From: a virus
Length of the DNA stretch: 64,000 bases
IMG/VR virus record: IMGVR_UViG_3300036985_002657
Span: 1-64,000 of that record
Strand: one strand, 5' to 3'
The notes under the pieces are model-generated. The model saw only the letters and a list, made by a program, of their open reading frames with translations, ran no database searches and had not been told where the DNA came from. The position numbers and the translations under genes are program-made. This document shows positions 45,389-53,898 of the stretch, piece after piece; position 1 is the first letter of the stretch, and each line of letters opens with the position of its first letter.

Positions 45389-45863
45389 CTGATCCTCCGT
45401 CGTTGAAGAAGTAGCAGCGTGGCGAACAGCAATCGGATCTGCGTGTTTACGTCTGGATTCACGAGCCGACGAAGCTCGATGAGCAGGGATCGAAGTTCAC
45501 TCCACAGGCCAGTCAGCGCGAGTCCGAAGAAACGTGAAGACGTGATGCCCTTGATCGTGTTCCTGCGAAGGACCGTATCATGCCGCCGAAACAGGGTCGC
45601 GGTACTAGAGATCAGCCCAGCTAAGGGGGTCACTCAGGTTTGCGAACCCCGTTACAGAAGGCCATCAGTGGATCATGCCGAAGCAATCACTACCTTGTTA
45701 CCGAAGTAACGGCCTTCCTACAGGGGAACATCGGGAGCTTGGCGAGGTTCCAGACCGAAATCTGAAACAGGGCTCCCGACTCGTGGCGGGCCTCAATGCC
45801 TAGAGGCGGACCACAGAGACGGTGCGCGCCCGATGGCTTTCGCCGCCAGGCACGCGGCGGCGA
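45389..45863 (-). ncRNA. Candidate large structured non-coding RNA (family not recognised)
   Basis: Largest gene-free gap in the window; ten UUCG on the - strand within 45423-45759, several capping real stems; nested helices and a three-way junction. Confidence 0.6.
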
Positions 45864-47267
45864 TCACTCGCCGTGCTCGACACAGAGCGCGCGCTTGTAG
45901 CGCGAGGCGTCGCCAGTCGCGGCGTCGGAGCGCACCGGCCAGTCGCCGATGAACTTCCACGAAGTCGCCACCTGATCCTGCAACCGATTCAGCGGACCAC
46001 GGATGATCATCTGGATGCGGTCGGACATGATCTCGATGCCGTTGTTGACGATGCGGGGCTCGGCGACTGCGCCCATGATGCCCGCCTCAGTGATCAGCGC
46101 GTCGAGGTTCTGGTGATACTCCATCACGCCGCCCTGCGCCGTGAACAGCATCCGGTGAACCTTGACACCCGACGTGACGCCGCCCGCGTAGAGCTCGCCG
46201 ACGAATGGATCGCGCGCGTCGTAGGCCGCCGTGAGGCCGCCGACAACGGTGCTCGGGATCGGGCACTCGCTGTTTCGGAGGAACACCGTCGAAAGCATCT
46301 CGCCGAGGGCGAACTGCTTATACATATAGTAATCGGGCAGTGCCGTCAAAAGGCGCTGGAACTCGTTGTCGTTGAACACCTTGGCCTGCGACACCGGATC
46401 GATATGCGCGTGAAAGCGCATATCGGGATGCTCGGGCACGTTCTGCTCCCAGAAGTGCGAGATCGCAGAGCGAATGTCCGACAGCGTGGGAAGGTCGGTG
46501 TTGCCGACCGAATCGACCGAGTTGCCGCCGCCGACGCGCACGAGGTAGGTGCGGTCGTCCGACAGGACGTATGCACGGTCGAGCGCGTTCACGAGAGCCG
46601 CGTCGATCGTGACCGTGCCGGGGCCGTACTCGTCACCAGGAGTGTCGGGCGTGAACCCGATGATGTTGCGCGACTTCTCCGTGGCGTTGTCGAAAATCTT
46701 GATCCCGAGCGGATTGCTCGAGCTCACGAGATCGAACTTGACGACACTCGCGCCGCTGGTGTTCGGGTTGCGCGCGCGGGTGAACCCGTTGAGGCGCTTG
46801 AGGCGGATCGTCGTCACCGCACCGAACGCGCCGTCAAGGACAGTGTGCCCCGAGAGGCCCGCGCCATAGAGCACGTTGCGGACCTTGCGGTTGAGCGTCT
46901 GCGACGCCTGCATCCCGAGCTGATGCGCGTTGCGCATGAACAGGTCGACGATCGCGCTGATGCTGGTGGGCATATGCGTGTCGATCGATCCGCTGTACTG
47001 CTGAATCTGCGCCTGCCACTGTTCGACCGAGTAGGTCGTCGGGACCGGATCGGTGCCCGGAACCGTCGGCCTCATGTCCACCGGGATGAGCCCCGGCGCA
47101 CTGAAGATCATCGTGTCGCCGACGTTCTGCGGCCACTCGACCGGCGTCGCCTCACCCCGGAACAGCATCCGGGGAAAGAGCGCGTCATGGAAAGCGCGCT
47201 CGAGCATATTGCTCTGAACGACCGCGCGGACTTGCGGTGACTGTAGGATCGTTGAGAAGTCGGCCAT
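45864..47267 (-). CDS. Major capsid protein
   Basis: 467 aa with strongly biased codons, after the scaffold gene; N.GDT..F, QY.G.IDT, QA.QTLN...RN and PL.RL.....SWK patterns of HK97-fold capsids. Confidence 0.8.
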   Translation of the reverse strand: MADFSTILQSPQVRAVVQSNMLERAFHDALFPRMLFRGEATPVEWPQNVGDTMIFSAPGLIPVDMRPTVPGTDPVPTTYSVEQWQAQIQQYSGSIDTHMPTSISAIVDLFMRNAHQLGMQASQTLNRKVRNVLYGAGLSGHTVLDGAFGAVTTIRLKRLNGFTRARNPNTSGASVVKFDLVSSSNPLGIKIFDNATEKSRNIIGFTPDTPGDEYGPGTVTIDAALVNALDRAYVLSDDRTYLVRVGGGNSVDSVGNTDLPTLSDIRSAISHFWEQNVPEHPDMRFHAHIDPVSQAKVFNDNEFQRLLTALPDYYMYKQFALGEMLSTVFLRNSECPIPSTVVGGLTAAYDARDPFVGELYAGGVTSGVKVHRMLFTAQGGVMEYHQNLDALITEAGIMGAVAEPRIVNNGIEIMSDRIQMIIRGPLNRLQDQVATSWKFIGDWPVRSDAATGDASRYKRALCVEHGE

Positions 47268-47359
47268 CGTTCATTCCTCGATGCTGAGCCAGTGTCAGCG
47301 TGCTTGGTTGTAGCGTGAGCTCGAACAGAAATCCAGCCCGAGCTTACACTCGCGGCGGG

Positions 47360-48250
47360 CTACATTCCCAGAGTCGGATTCTTGATCCCGTACTGCGACA
47401 GGAGCTTCTGATACTCCGCAGGAGTCAGAGACTTCGCATCGACAGCGCCGTTGCTCGGCGCAGCCTGCACAGCGGGGCGGACAGCGGGCTTCGGCGCTTC
47501 GCGCACCGCGCCGCCTGCCGACGTGTTCGCGGGCTGCTCCGTGATCCCGTACAGGTACGGATGCGACGAGCGCAGTTCCTTGGCGAAGAAATCGTCTTCG
47601 TTGAACGTCTTGAGATCCTCGGCAGTCTTGCCGCCGACCTTGCGCTTGAGAAGCTCGAGCGCGTAGTCGATGTCCTGCACTCCGGCGCGGACTGCCGCCG
47701 TGCGCAGAGTCATCTCCGCTTCCATCGCGGACAGCCGACGCTCGGCGTCCTTCCGACGCTTCTCCTCGTTCGCGCGGGCGCGGTTCAGTCTCCGCACCTC
47801 CTCGAGCGCCTTCTCCCGGTCACGCTCGCTGCGCCGCAACGAGCGGTCCAGCGGGCGGGCTTCCAGCGGAGCCGGGGCGACCACCGCAGGCTTCGACTCT
47901 TGGCGCTGCGCGGACGCAGTCGCTTGAGGCCGCGCGGGACTCCCACTCTTGCTCGACCGCTTGAACTGCGCTGCTGCCTTCATCATTTCCTCCACAGACG
48001 AGAACCCAAGGCGCTTGGCCTGGGCTTCGAGTTCGATCGTTGCGCCCTTCTTGCCCTTCTCTCGCTCCTCTCGCTTGATCCGTGCCATCGCGTTGCTCGG
48101 GATGGTGAGAACCTTTGCGTTCGATGCGGGAGTCGTGTCGGGCGACGCCTCGATCTGTGGCGACGTGACTTGGCTGCTCGACTCTGCTTCTGCCTGACCG
48201 CCGGGCGGATCAGGTACTACCGTACTCATCGGGTTCGTCGTATTCATCAT
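47360..48250 (-). CDS. Capsid scaffolding protein
   Basis: Charged coiled coils, A..AGV.D.DYA, PYLYG, C-terminal LTPAEY..L...YG; directly upstream of the capsid gene. Confidence 0.75.
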   Translation of the reverse strand: MMNTTNPMSTVVPDPPGGQAEAESSSQVTSPQIEASPDTTPASNAKVLTIPSNAMARIKREEREKGKKGATIELEAQAKRLGFSSVEEMMKAAAQFKRSSKSGSPARPQATASAQRQESKPAVVAPAPLEARPLDRSLRRSERDREKALEEVRRLNRARANEEKRRKDAERRLSAMEAEMTLRTAAVRAGVQDIDYALELLKRKVGGKTAEDLKTFNEDDFFAKELRSSHPYLYGITEQPANTSAGGAVREAPKPAVRPAVQAAPSNGAVDAKSLTPAEYQKLLSQYGIKNPTLGM

Positions 48251-48414
48251 GCACCCCTTTGGGCCTCGAGCTCGTCTGGTGTCCGACTGTTTGACCGCCG
48301 TCGTGTTAGCGTGGCGACAAGAAATCGGCCTACAGAGCGTGCTGATGATCGTTGACTAGAGTAGGCGCATCCCTACGGCGAAGTCCGCAGATGGACCGCC
48401 TACTCCGAAGCTAC

Positions 48415-48894
48415 TCAGACGCTCGGCGCGTAGACCGTCGTCGAGATGTCGACAACCGAGCGCGGGCGGTAAACGAGCGTGAACGCCGTCACCGTGTTCG
48501 GGAACGTGAGCGTCTTGCCGTCGTCGCTGAGCTTGGCGATGCCGACTGCCACGCCTGCGCCGCCCGGCGGCAACAGCGCGGTGCCGCCCGTGTCGGTGAG
48601 AATGTACGTCCCGAGCGACGCCGCCGTGCCCGACGCAGTGACGCGGAGGGCGACGAGATCGCCAATCGGCGGGAGCATCTCGCCAGTCTCGAGGACAGCG
48701 CCCGTGACAACCGCCGCCGCGAGAACCGCCGCAGTGGTGATGTCGGGAGTCGCAGTCGCCGTGAGCGCCGTCACGACAGCCTTGATGATGCCAAGCTGCC
48801 GCGAGACACCGGCCTTCTTCAGCGCGTCGGCCAGCGTGTTCGGGTTCGCGTTGTCGAGTTCCTCTTGAACCGTGATCGTCTTCGTCGTCGTCAT
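48415..48894 (-). CDS. Putative head decoration or virion protein
   Basis: Ala/Thr/Val-rich; GAGG RBS; head module. Confidence 0.6.
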   Translation of the reverse strand: MTTTKTITVQEELDNANPNTLADALKKAGVSRQLGIIKAVVTALTATATPDITTAAVLAAAVVTGAVLETGEMLPPIGDLVALRVTASGTAASLGTYILTDTGGTALLPPGGAGVAVGIAKLSDDGKTLTFPNTVTAFTLVYRPRSVVDISTTVYAPSV

Positions 48895-48940
48895 GTTAGC
48901 CTGCCTCTTGGAGAAACCTGCCCACAGGCAGGCGAACTTA

Positions 48941-49330
48941 CTACGCGCGCCACTCGGCCCAGGAACTCGCCGTCTCGGACACGCGAACTCGCGTGACGGT
49001 GATCTCTGCGCCAGCCCCGCGCTCTACGTTGAGCGGTGCCAGTAGTTGCGCGCCGATGATCTGCGCGATGAGACTAGCGAGCAGTTCCGCCGTCGGCTGG
49101 TCGCCGAGATCAGCGTCGTCGTTCAGATGCCGATGCTCGAATCGAGTCTTGATCACCGAGCTCAGTACGCCGTAGTCAACCAGCATATTGAACTGGTCGA
49201 GCTCGTGCCCGCGCAGGTCGATCTCGACGGTGTAGTTGTGCCCGTGTAGGCGCGCGCACTGGTGCTCGGGCGCAAGACGCGTGAGCTGATGCGACGCCGA
49301 AAACTCGATGGTCTTGCTGATGACGATCAC
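48941..49330 (-). CDS. queD: 6-carboxy-5,6,7,8-tetrahydropterin synthase
   Basis: FSASH.L....H.CARLHGHNY.V, MLVDY..L, H.HLND, PTAE.LA, V.VSET..SWA. Confidence 0.93.
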   Translation of the reverse strand: MIVISKTIEFSASHQLTRLAPEHQCARLHGHNYTVEIDLRGHELDQFNMLVDYGVLSSVIKTRFEHRHLNDDADLGDQPTAELLASLIAQIIGAQLLAPLNVERGAGAEITVTRVRVSETASSWAEWRA

Positions 49331-49710
49331 GAAGTCCGCTCCCCGAGGAAAACCTGCACCGTGGTACTCGTGAGCGTGACTCGCGTCAAGTCGATCGCGG
49401 TTATGCCCACACTGAGGTCGATGAGCAGACAGAACGGATCGACAGGGACCGACTGCGCGCTCCCGTCTGCGCTCGTGATCCGCGCCCGAACCTTGCCGCC
49501 CGTCGTCTTGATCACGAGGACGTTGACTTCAGACAGCCCGCCAAGCGAGACGGACACGGGCGAGTCGGTGGCGAGAACGTAACAGCCGATGAGCTTGTTC
49601 TTCAGCGACACGCGCTCTTGCAGAAGCGCATCGACTTCGGGGTTCCCACTGAGGTTCCCCGAAGTCGGCTGCGTCTGGTAGCTGCCATCCAGTTTGAAGA
49701 CATCGCTCAT
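49327..49710 (-). CDS. Putative virion protein
   Basis: Beta-rich coupled ORF. Confidence 0.6.
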   Translation of the reverse strand: MSDVFKLDGSYQTQPTSGNLSGNPEVDALLQERVSLKNKLIGCYVLATDSPVSVSLGGLSEVNVLVIKTTGGKVRARITSADGSAQSVPVDPFCLLIDLSVGITAIDLTRVTLTSTTVQVFLGERTS

Positions 49711-49712
49711 GG

Positions 49713-49910
49713 TCAGCGCGATCCGCCGACACGACGCACGGACGCGAAGGGCTGCGGCGCGGGAGCCATCGGGAACGCGGCGAGCGGCAGCTTCGCCTCG
49801 AGCGGAGTCGCATCGACGGCGTCATGGTAGGTGCCGGTCGATGCAGTCGAGGCGTCTGCGGGATTCGGGTACTGACGGCCTTGGCCGACTTGGTCGATGC
49901 TGACGGGCAT
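49713..49910 (-). CDS. Small hypothetical protein
   Basis: AGGAG RBS before MPVS. Confidence 0.6.
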   Translation of the reverse strand: MPVSIDQVGQGRQYPNPADASTASTGTYHDAVDATPLEAKLPLAAFPMAPAPQPFASVRRVGGSR

Positions 49911-49921
49911 GGTGATCTCCT

Positions 49922-50161
49922 TCAACGCCCCTTGCGAAGCGTGGCAAACGGCATCGGGTTCAGCCCGACACTGGGCGCGGGCTGGATGACATTCTCGGCG
50001 AGATCGAGATACGTCTCCTGCGCGCCACGAATCGAGTCAGGCAACCCCGATGCAGGGGCGACACCGCCATCGACGAAGTTGGCGGGCACAGTGCCCACGT
50101 CCTCTGCGATGCCACGAAGCGGGCGCGGCTGCCCGCTCGGACGAACTCCCTTGAATGACAT
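49922..50161 (-). CDS. Small hypothetical protein
   Basis: GAGGTG RBS. Confidence 0.6.
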   Translation of the reverse strand: MSFKGVRPSGQPRPLRGIAEDVGTVPANFVDGGVAPASGLPDSIRGAQETYLDLAENVIQPAPSVGLNPMPFATLRKGR

Positions 50162-50164
50162 CGC

Positions 50165-50380
50165 TCACCTCTTGATGATCGTGATCGGACGGTACTGCGG
50201 GTCAGGATGGTTAGCGAAGCCGTCTACCGGCGTCAGCGTGGCGAAGCCAAGATTGCCGGTCGCGTCAGGCAACACCGGCCCAGGCTGGCGAAACCCGAAC
50301 GTCGAACCGTTCGGCATCGCCCGCTCGGACTGCGGATACGGCGCAGGGATCGACTGCATGAGCGGTAGCGTGTTCGCCAT
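50165..50380 (-). CDS. Small hypothetical protein
   Basis: Pro-rich ORF in the operon; start uncertain. Confidence 0.55.
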   Translation of the reverse strand: MANTLPLMQSIPAPYPQSERAMPNGSTFGFRQPGPVLPDATGNLGFATLTPVDGFANHPDPQYRPITIIKR

Positions 50381-50416
50381 GATTCTCATCCTAGATGAAA
50401 CAACGCCCGAGAGCAA

Positions 50417-50983
50417 TCACTCCCCCTCGACGTACTCCTCGCCGTCGTCCTCGGACTCCTCGCCTTCGTCGGCGTCCTCGGACTCCCCGCCTTCGTCCTC
50501 GTCTTCGGCAGACTCGGTCGAGAGATCCCCCGAGTCGATGAGCTTGCCGATATGCGTGAGAAGCGCCGCGACCAGCGCGGCGTCATCGATCATGCCCTCG
50601 TCCTCGAGGTGCGCGACAAGCTCCTCGGCCTCCTCGGGAGTGACACCGCCGAGAGTCGCCATCATCTCGGCGAGCAGGTCGCCGGGCAGTGCCATCACAC
50701 TCTCGGTGAGGATCTCGAGATTGTCGCCCTCGAGCGCAGTGCCCGTGTCCGAGAGCGCCTCGGGATCGAGCTCGTCGCAGCAGGCCGCGAGTTCCTCGGC
50801 GTTGGCCTCGAGCAGTGGGATCAGTTCGCCGAAGCGACCCGCCCCGTTCTCCTGCATATCGTCACCGCCCTCGGCGGTGTCGCCGGGCTCGACCTCGGCG
50901 GTGTCGCCGCCAGTCGAATCCTCGGTGCCGGGCTTCGGACCTGCGCTTGCGAACGCCGCCATCTTGTTCGGGTCGATTGCCAT
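50417..50983 (-). CDS. Highly acidic hypothetical protein
   Basis: GAGGAG RBS; very D/E-rich. Confidence 0.7.
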   Translation of the reverse strand: MAIDPNKMAAFASAGPKPGTEDSTGGDTAEVEPGDTAEGGDDMQENGAGRFGELIPLLEANAEELAACCDELDPEALSDTGTALEGDNLEILTESVMALPGDLLAEMMATLGGVTPEEAEELVAHLEDEGMIDDAALVAALLTHIGKLIDSGDLSTESAEDEDEGGESEDADEGEESEDDGEEYVEGE

Positions 50984-51025
50984 CTCAGACTCTCCTCATG
51001 GGCTGTCGAGCCCGATGCTACTGGT

Positions 51026-51997
51026 TCACTGCTTTGGGCGCAAGTTGACACGCCGCCCATTCTGAAACACCCAGCCGGGAACTCCCCACGCCTTCAGCCA
51101 GGGCGTGAGGACTGCGCGATCGTTCGGGCGGTTCGGCGGCTGCGCCCACGACTGCCCGACCATATGCTGAAACCCGCGACTCGCCTTCTTGCCGTGCCCG
51201 ACTGCGGACCCGCGCGGGAGTCCGGGCGGCATGGTGAACTGCCCACCGATCGCCGCGACCTGCCCGTGCATGGCGAACGAATCGACAGCCACCCGGTTGT
51301 CGAATGGCTGCCCGGTAGCGTCATCGATCAGCTCAGTCCAGCGCATCTTCAACCCGCGCACACTGCGCGCGAGTTCCTTGATCCCGTCCGCCTGCGCGAC
51401 ATTGTAGGCGACAGCCGATTCGGTGCGGACGATCCGCTCAACCTGCCACCACTGGTTCTCGAGCTCGTCGTTGACCGCTGCGACCATGTCACGGACGCGC
51501 GCACCCTCGGTGTTTGCGACATCGTGTAGACGGCGCTTGATCTTCAACTCGACCTCGCGTGCGAGTCGAGTCATCGCTTGCTTGCGCGCGGCCTCGATCA
51601 GAGTGCGTCGGTGCGCGACGAGCGAGCGTACTACGGTGTCATCGTTGAGTGAGCCCGCGTCTCCGTTCACCCGCTCGACGAAGCCGCCGAGTCCTCGCAG
51701 CGACTCCTCGAGCGTGCCGCGCGTTGCGGACGCGAGTGCTGTGCCGATTCGATCGGTCATCGCGCGGACGTGCCCAGACACCGTGCCTTGCATCCGATGA
51801 ATGGCCGAGTGATCTGCCGGGAGCATCAACCGCCCCTTCTCCGACGCGCGGACTGCTCGGTGCATGATCCCGCCCTCGATGTTGAACGCAGAACGCGCGG
51901 GGCGCATCGCAGTGCGATCAATGACTCGGTCCATGCGCGCACGGGCACTGCGCACCTCGGTCACAGCGCGGGCTCGCGTCGGCGGCGGCTTAGCCAT
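51026..51997 (-). CDS. Minor head protein (Mu gpF / SPP1 gp7-like)
   Basis: ERIVRTE...AYN, W....D....DNR...DS.A.HGQ......F, PPNRPNDR. Confidence 0.8.
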   Translation of the reverse strand: MAKPPPTRARAVTEVRSARARMDRVIDRTAMRPARSAFNIEGGIMHRAVRASEKGRLMLPADHSAIHRMQGTVSGHVRAMTDRIGTALASATRGTLEESLRGLGGFVERVNGDAGSLNDDTVVRSLVAHRRTLIEAARKQAMTRLAREVELKIKRRLHDVANTEGARVRDMVAAVNDELENQWWQVERIVRTESAVAYNVAQADGIKELARSVRGLKMRWTELIDDATGQPFDNRVAVDSFAMHGQVAAIGGQFTMPPGLPRGSAVGHGKKASRGFQHMVGQSWAQPPNRPNDRAVLTPWLKAWGVPGWVFQNGRRVNLRPKQ

Positions 51998-52448
51998 CCA
52001 CAGACTCCCAACGGGCGCAGGACGCGAGTGCTTCCACAACCGCGTCAGCAGTCGCAGTGATGTCCTGCACCGCAGCACAGGTGCCCTCAGAGCCGTTGCG
52101 GGGCTGGTAGAACGTGCAGCGGTCGCAGACTCGGCCACCACTGCCGACTTGGGCGAGCCCGCTGAACTCGGGCCGGATGAACGCTGCGCGGTCTGGCGCA
52201 GGATGCACGGCTACGATCGGCGGGCCGAAGACGTGGTACGCGCAACAGGCGTCCTGCGGCGCGACGGTGTCGGGATCGTGCACGACACAGTTCTCATCGT
52301 CAGCACACCACAGCAGACAGTTCCCGCAGAACTTCCGTGATCGGTCGGTGTTCGCTTGCGCGTACATCACCTGCCCGAGAGTCGGGCGCGGGATCGAATC
52401 TGCGAGTGCTGCGTTCGGGTCAGCGAAGATGGCGAGGAATCGGCTCAC
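51990..52448 (-). CDS. Cys-rich protein with two HiPIP-like motifs
   Basis: CGNC..W...C...V....CC.Y and CDRC.FY...C..V...V....C..W. Confidence 0.55.
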   Translation of the reverse strand: MSRFLAIFADPNAALADSIPRPTLGQVMYAQANTDRSRKFCGNCLLWCADDENCVVHDPDTVAPQDACCAYHVFGPPIVAVHPAPDRAAFIRPEFSGLAQVGSGGRVCDRCTFYQPRNGSEGTCAAVQDITATADAVVEALASCARWESVDG

Positions 52449-52762
52449 AGCACACCTCGGGTCAGAACAGACAGCGACCAGTTCCACAGGCGGGTCTTGA
52501 GGCCGCAGACGGTGGCGATAACCCACCACCGCCAGAGAACGAACCAGGCGAGTCGAAGTGCTGCCTGCGGTGTGATCGACAGCACGACCGGCGAGCTTCG
52601 CCCGTAGTACAGGTCGAAGGCGTCACCGCGCGAGATCACCGTCAACCGCCGCCCGTCGAGTTCGACGTGACTCCACGCCTGCGCCGCACCGGGCGGGCGC
52701 AGCGTGCCGCCGTCCTGCACAACGAGCTTCTGCGACACCCACAGAGCGACCCGCTCACTCAT
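52445..52762 (-). CDS. Hypothetical protein
   Basis: Coupled ORF; Trp-rich hydrophobic C-terminus. Confidence 0.5.
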   Translation of the reverse strand: MSERVALWVSQKLVVQDGGTLRPPGAAQAWSHVELDGRRLTVISRGDAFDLYYGRSSPVVLSITPQAALRLAWFVLWRWWVIATVCGLKTRLWNWSLSVLTRGVL

Positions 52763-53156
52763 CGTTCTGCGCACGGTCGGCGTCATGCACGGTATCGTGA
52801 CACGACTTGCAGATCGTGACGATGCTGTTCGGGTCGTTGGAGTGATCCTTCTTCTTCAGCCAAGCCGACGCAGGGTTCTCGAGTCCGCCCTTGTGGTGTA
52901 ACTGAATCCCGCCCGTATCGGCCCCGCCCTTGCGCCCGCAGACTTTGCAGGTGTAGTCGTCGCGCCGGAAGACGAACAGCACGAGTGACGGGCTCAACCC
53001 CCCGCGTCCCGCGCTGGCGAGGACTACGCCCTTCGCCTTGGCTTCCATGCGCAGCTTGTGGAGCGCGTGACGCTCCTCGCGCGAAAGCTCCGGCTTGCCG
53101 CCCTCTCGATCCTTATTCCGTTTCCAGACCTCGAGTGCGCGCGCCACAGTGATCAC
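52755..53156 (-). CDS. HNH endonuclease (possibly packaging-associated)
   Basis: VFRRDDYTCKVCG...LHH...N...IVTICKSCH..VH. Confidence 0.85.
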   Translation of the reverse strand: MITVARALEVWKRNKDREGGKPELSREERHALHKLRMEAKAKGVVLASAGRGGLSPSLVLFVFRRDDYTCKVCGRKGGADTGGIQLHHKGGLENPASAWLKKKDHSNDPNSIVTICKSCHDTVHDADRAQNDE

Positions 53157-53617
53157 CCTTTGACGTAGCGTTTCTTACCGCTCTTGCTGATCACGAACTC
53201 GCCGCCCTTCTTGCCAGTTTGGACGGCTTGGTGCATGGCCTGATCATGCGGAGTAGCGCGGCCTGCGGTGCCATGCGACGCAGAGTGCATGGCGCGGGCG
53301 CGCTCGGCTGCGTGAGTGCGCTCCATCGACTCACGCATCGTCATCATACCTTGGCGGCGACTCTCCTGCGCCATCGGCGCGTGCATCGCTTCCGAACGCT
53401 TCCTCATCGCCTCGGCCTCGTGACGCGCCGCGTCGGCGTGGTGCATGTCAGCGATGCCGGGAGAGAGCCGCGCCTGCTCGCGATGATAGGTAGCGACGCG
53501 ATCGTGCTGATCAGGCGTCATCGCGGCATCGCGCTCGGCGTCGCTCATCTCCGAAGCACGACGACGAGACGACATTCCAAACGAACCACGAACCGGACCA
53601 CGAGATCGCATGACCAT
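53153..53617 (-). CDS. Basic His/Met-rich protein with C-terminal basic-adaptor-like motif
   Basis: GGAGGTG RBS; ends QTGKKGGEFVISKSGKKRYVKG. Confidence 0.6.
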   Translation of the reverse strand: MVMRSRGPVRGSFGMSSRRRASEMSDAERDAAMTPDQHDRVATYHREQARLSPGIADMHHADAARHEAEAMRKRSEAMHAPMAQESRRQGMMTMRESMERTHAAERARAMHSASHGTAGRATPHDQAMHQAVQTGKKGGEFVISKSGKKRYVKG

Positions 53618-53691
53618 CGCTCACCTCCTAGACGTATCGCTTCTTGCCGCTCTTGCTGATCACGAACTGGCCGCCCTTCTTGCCAGTCTGG
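53162..53691. repeat. 61-bp near-identical direct repeat (53162-53222 and 53631-53691)
   Basis: Five mismatches by manual alignment; encodes the shared C-terminal motif of two adjacent genes. Confidence 0.9.
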
Positions 53692-53885
53692 GTGACATAA
53701 GCCTTCCCGCCGACCGCCGTTGACCCAGCACTAAGCCGCGCAGCTTTCTCGCCGATTGATTCTGTTCGAGCCTGCCCACGGTGCGTCGCTCGCGCCGCAG
53801 CCACTCGGGCCTTGTGCGCGGTAGCCGACTCGCCAGGTCGCCGGATTACATACCGTGTATCAAAACGTCCAGCTCCTACAGCCAT
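53628..53885 (-). CDS. Small basic protein with the same C-terminal motif
   Basis: GGAG RBS; ends QTGKKGGQFVISKSGKKRYV. Confidence 0.6.
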   Translation of the reverse strand: MAVGAGRFDTRYVIRRPGESATAHKARVAAARATHRGQARTESIGEKAARLSAGSTAVGGKAYVTQTGKKGGQFVISKSGKKRYV

Positions 53886-53898
53886 CGCTCATCTCCTC

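Noticed and set aside
45385-45633. 82-aa ORF within the post-capsid gap
   Set aside because: Atypical codon usage and composition and no clear RBS; better explained by RNA structure, although its stop overlaps the next ATG so it is not fully excluded
45691-45701. TACCTTGTTAC matches the conserved 16S rRNA 3' (1492) region
   Set aside because: Only 11 nt; the flanks do not continue the rRNA sequence, so this is not an rRNA gene or fragment
48321-48356. GAAA...CTGATGA, resembling a hammerhead ribozyme core
   Set aside because: The required stems I-III cannot be formed, and it lies on the non-coding strand
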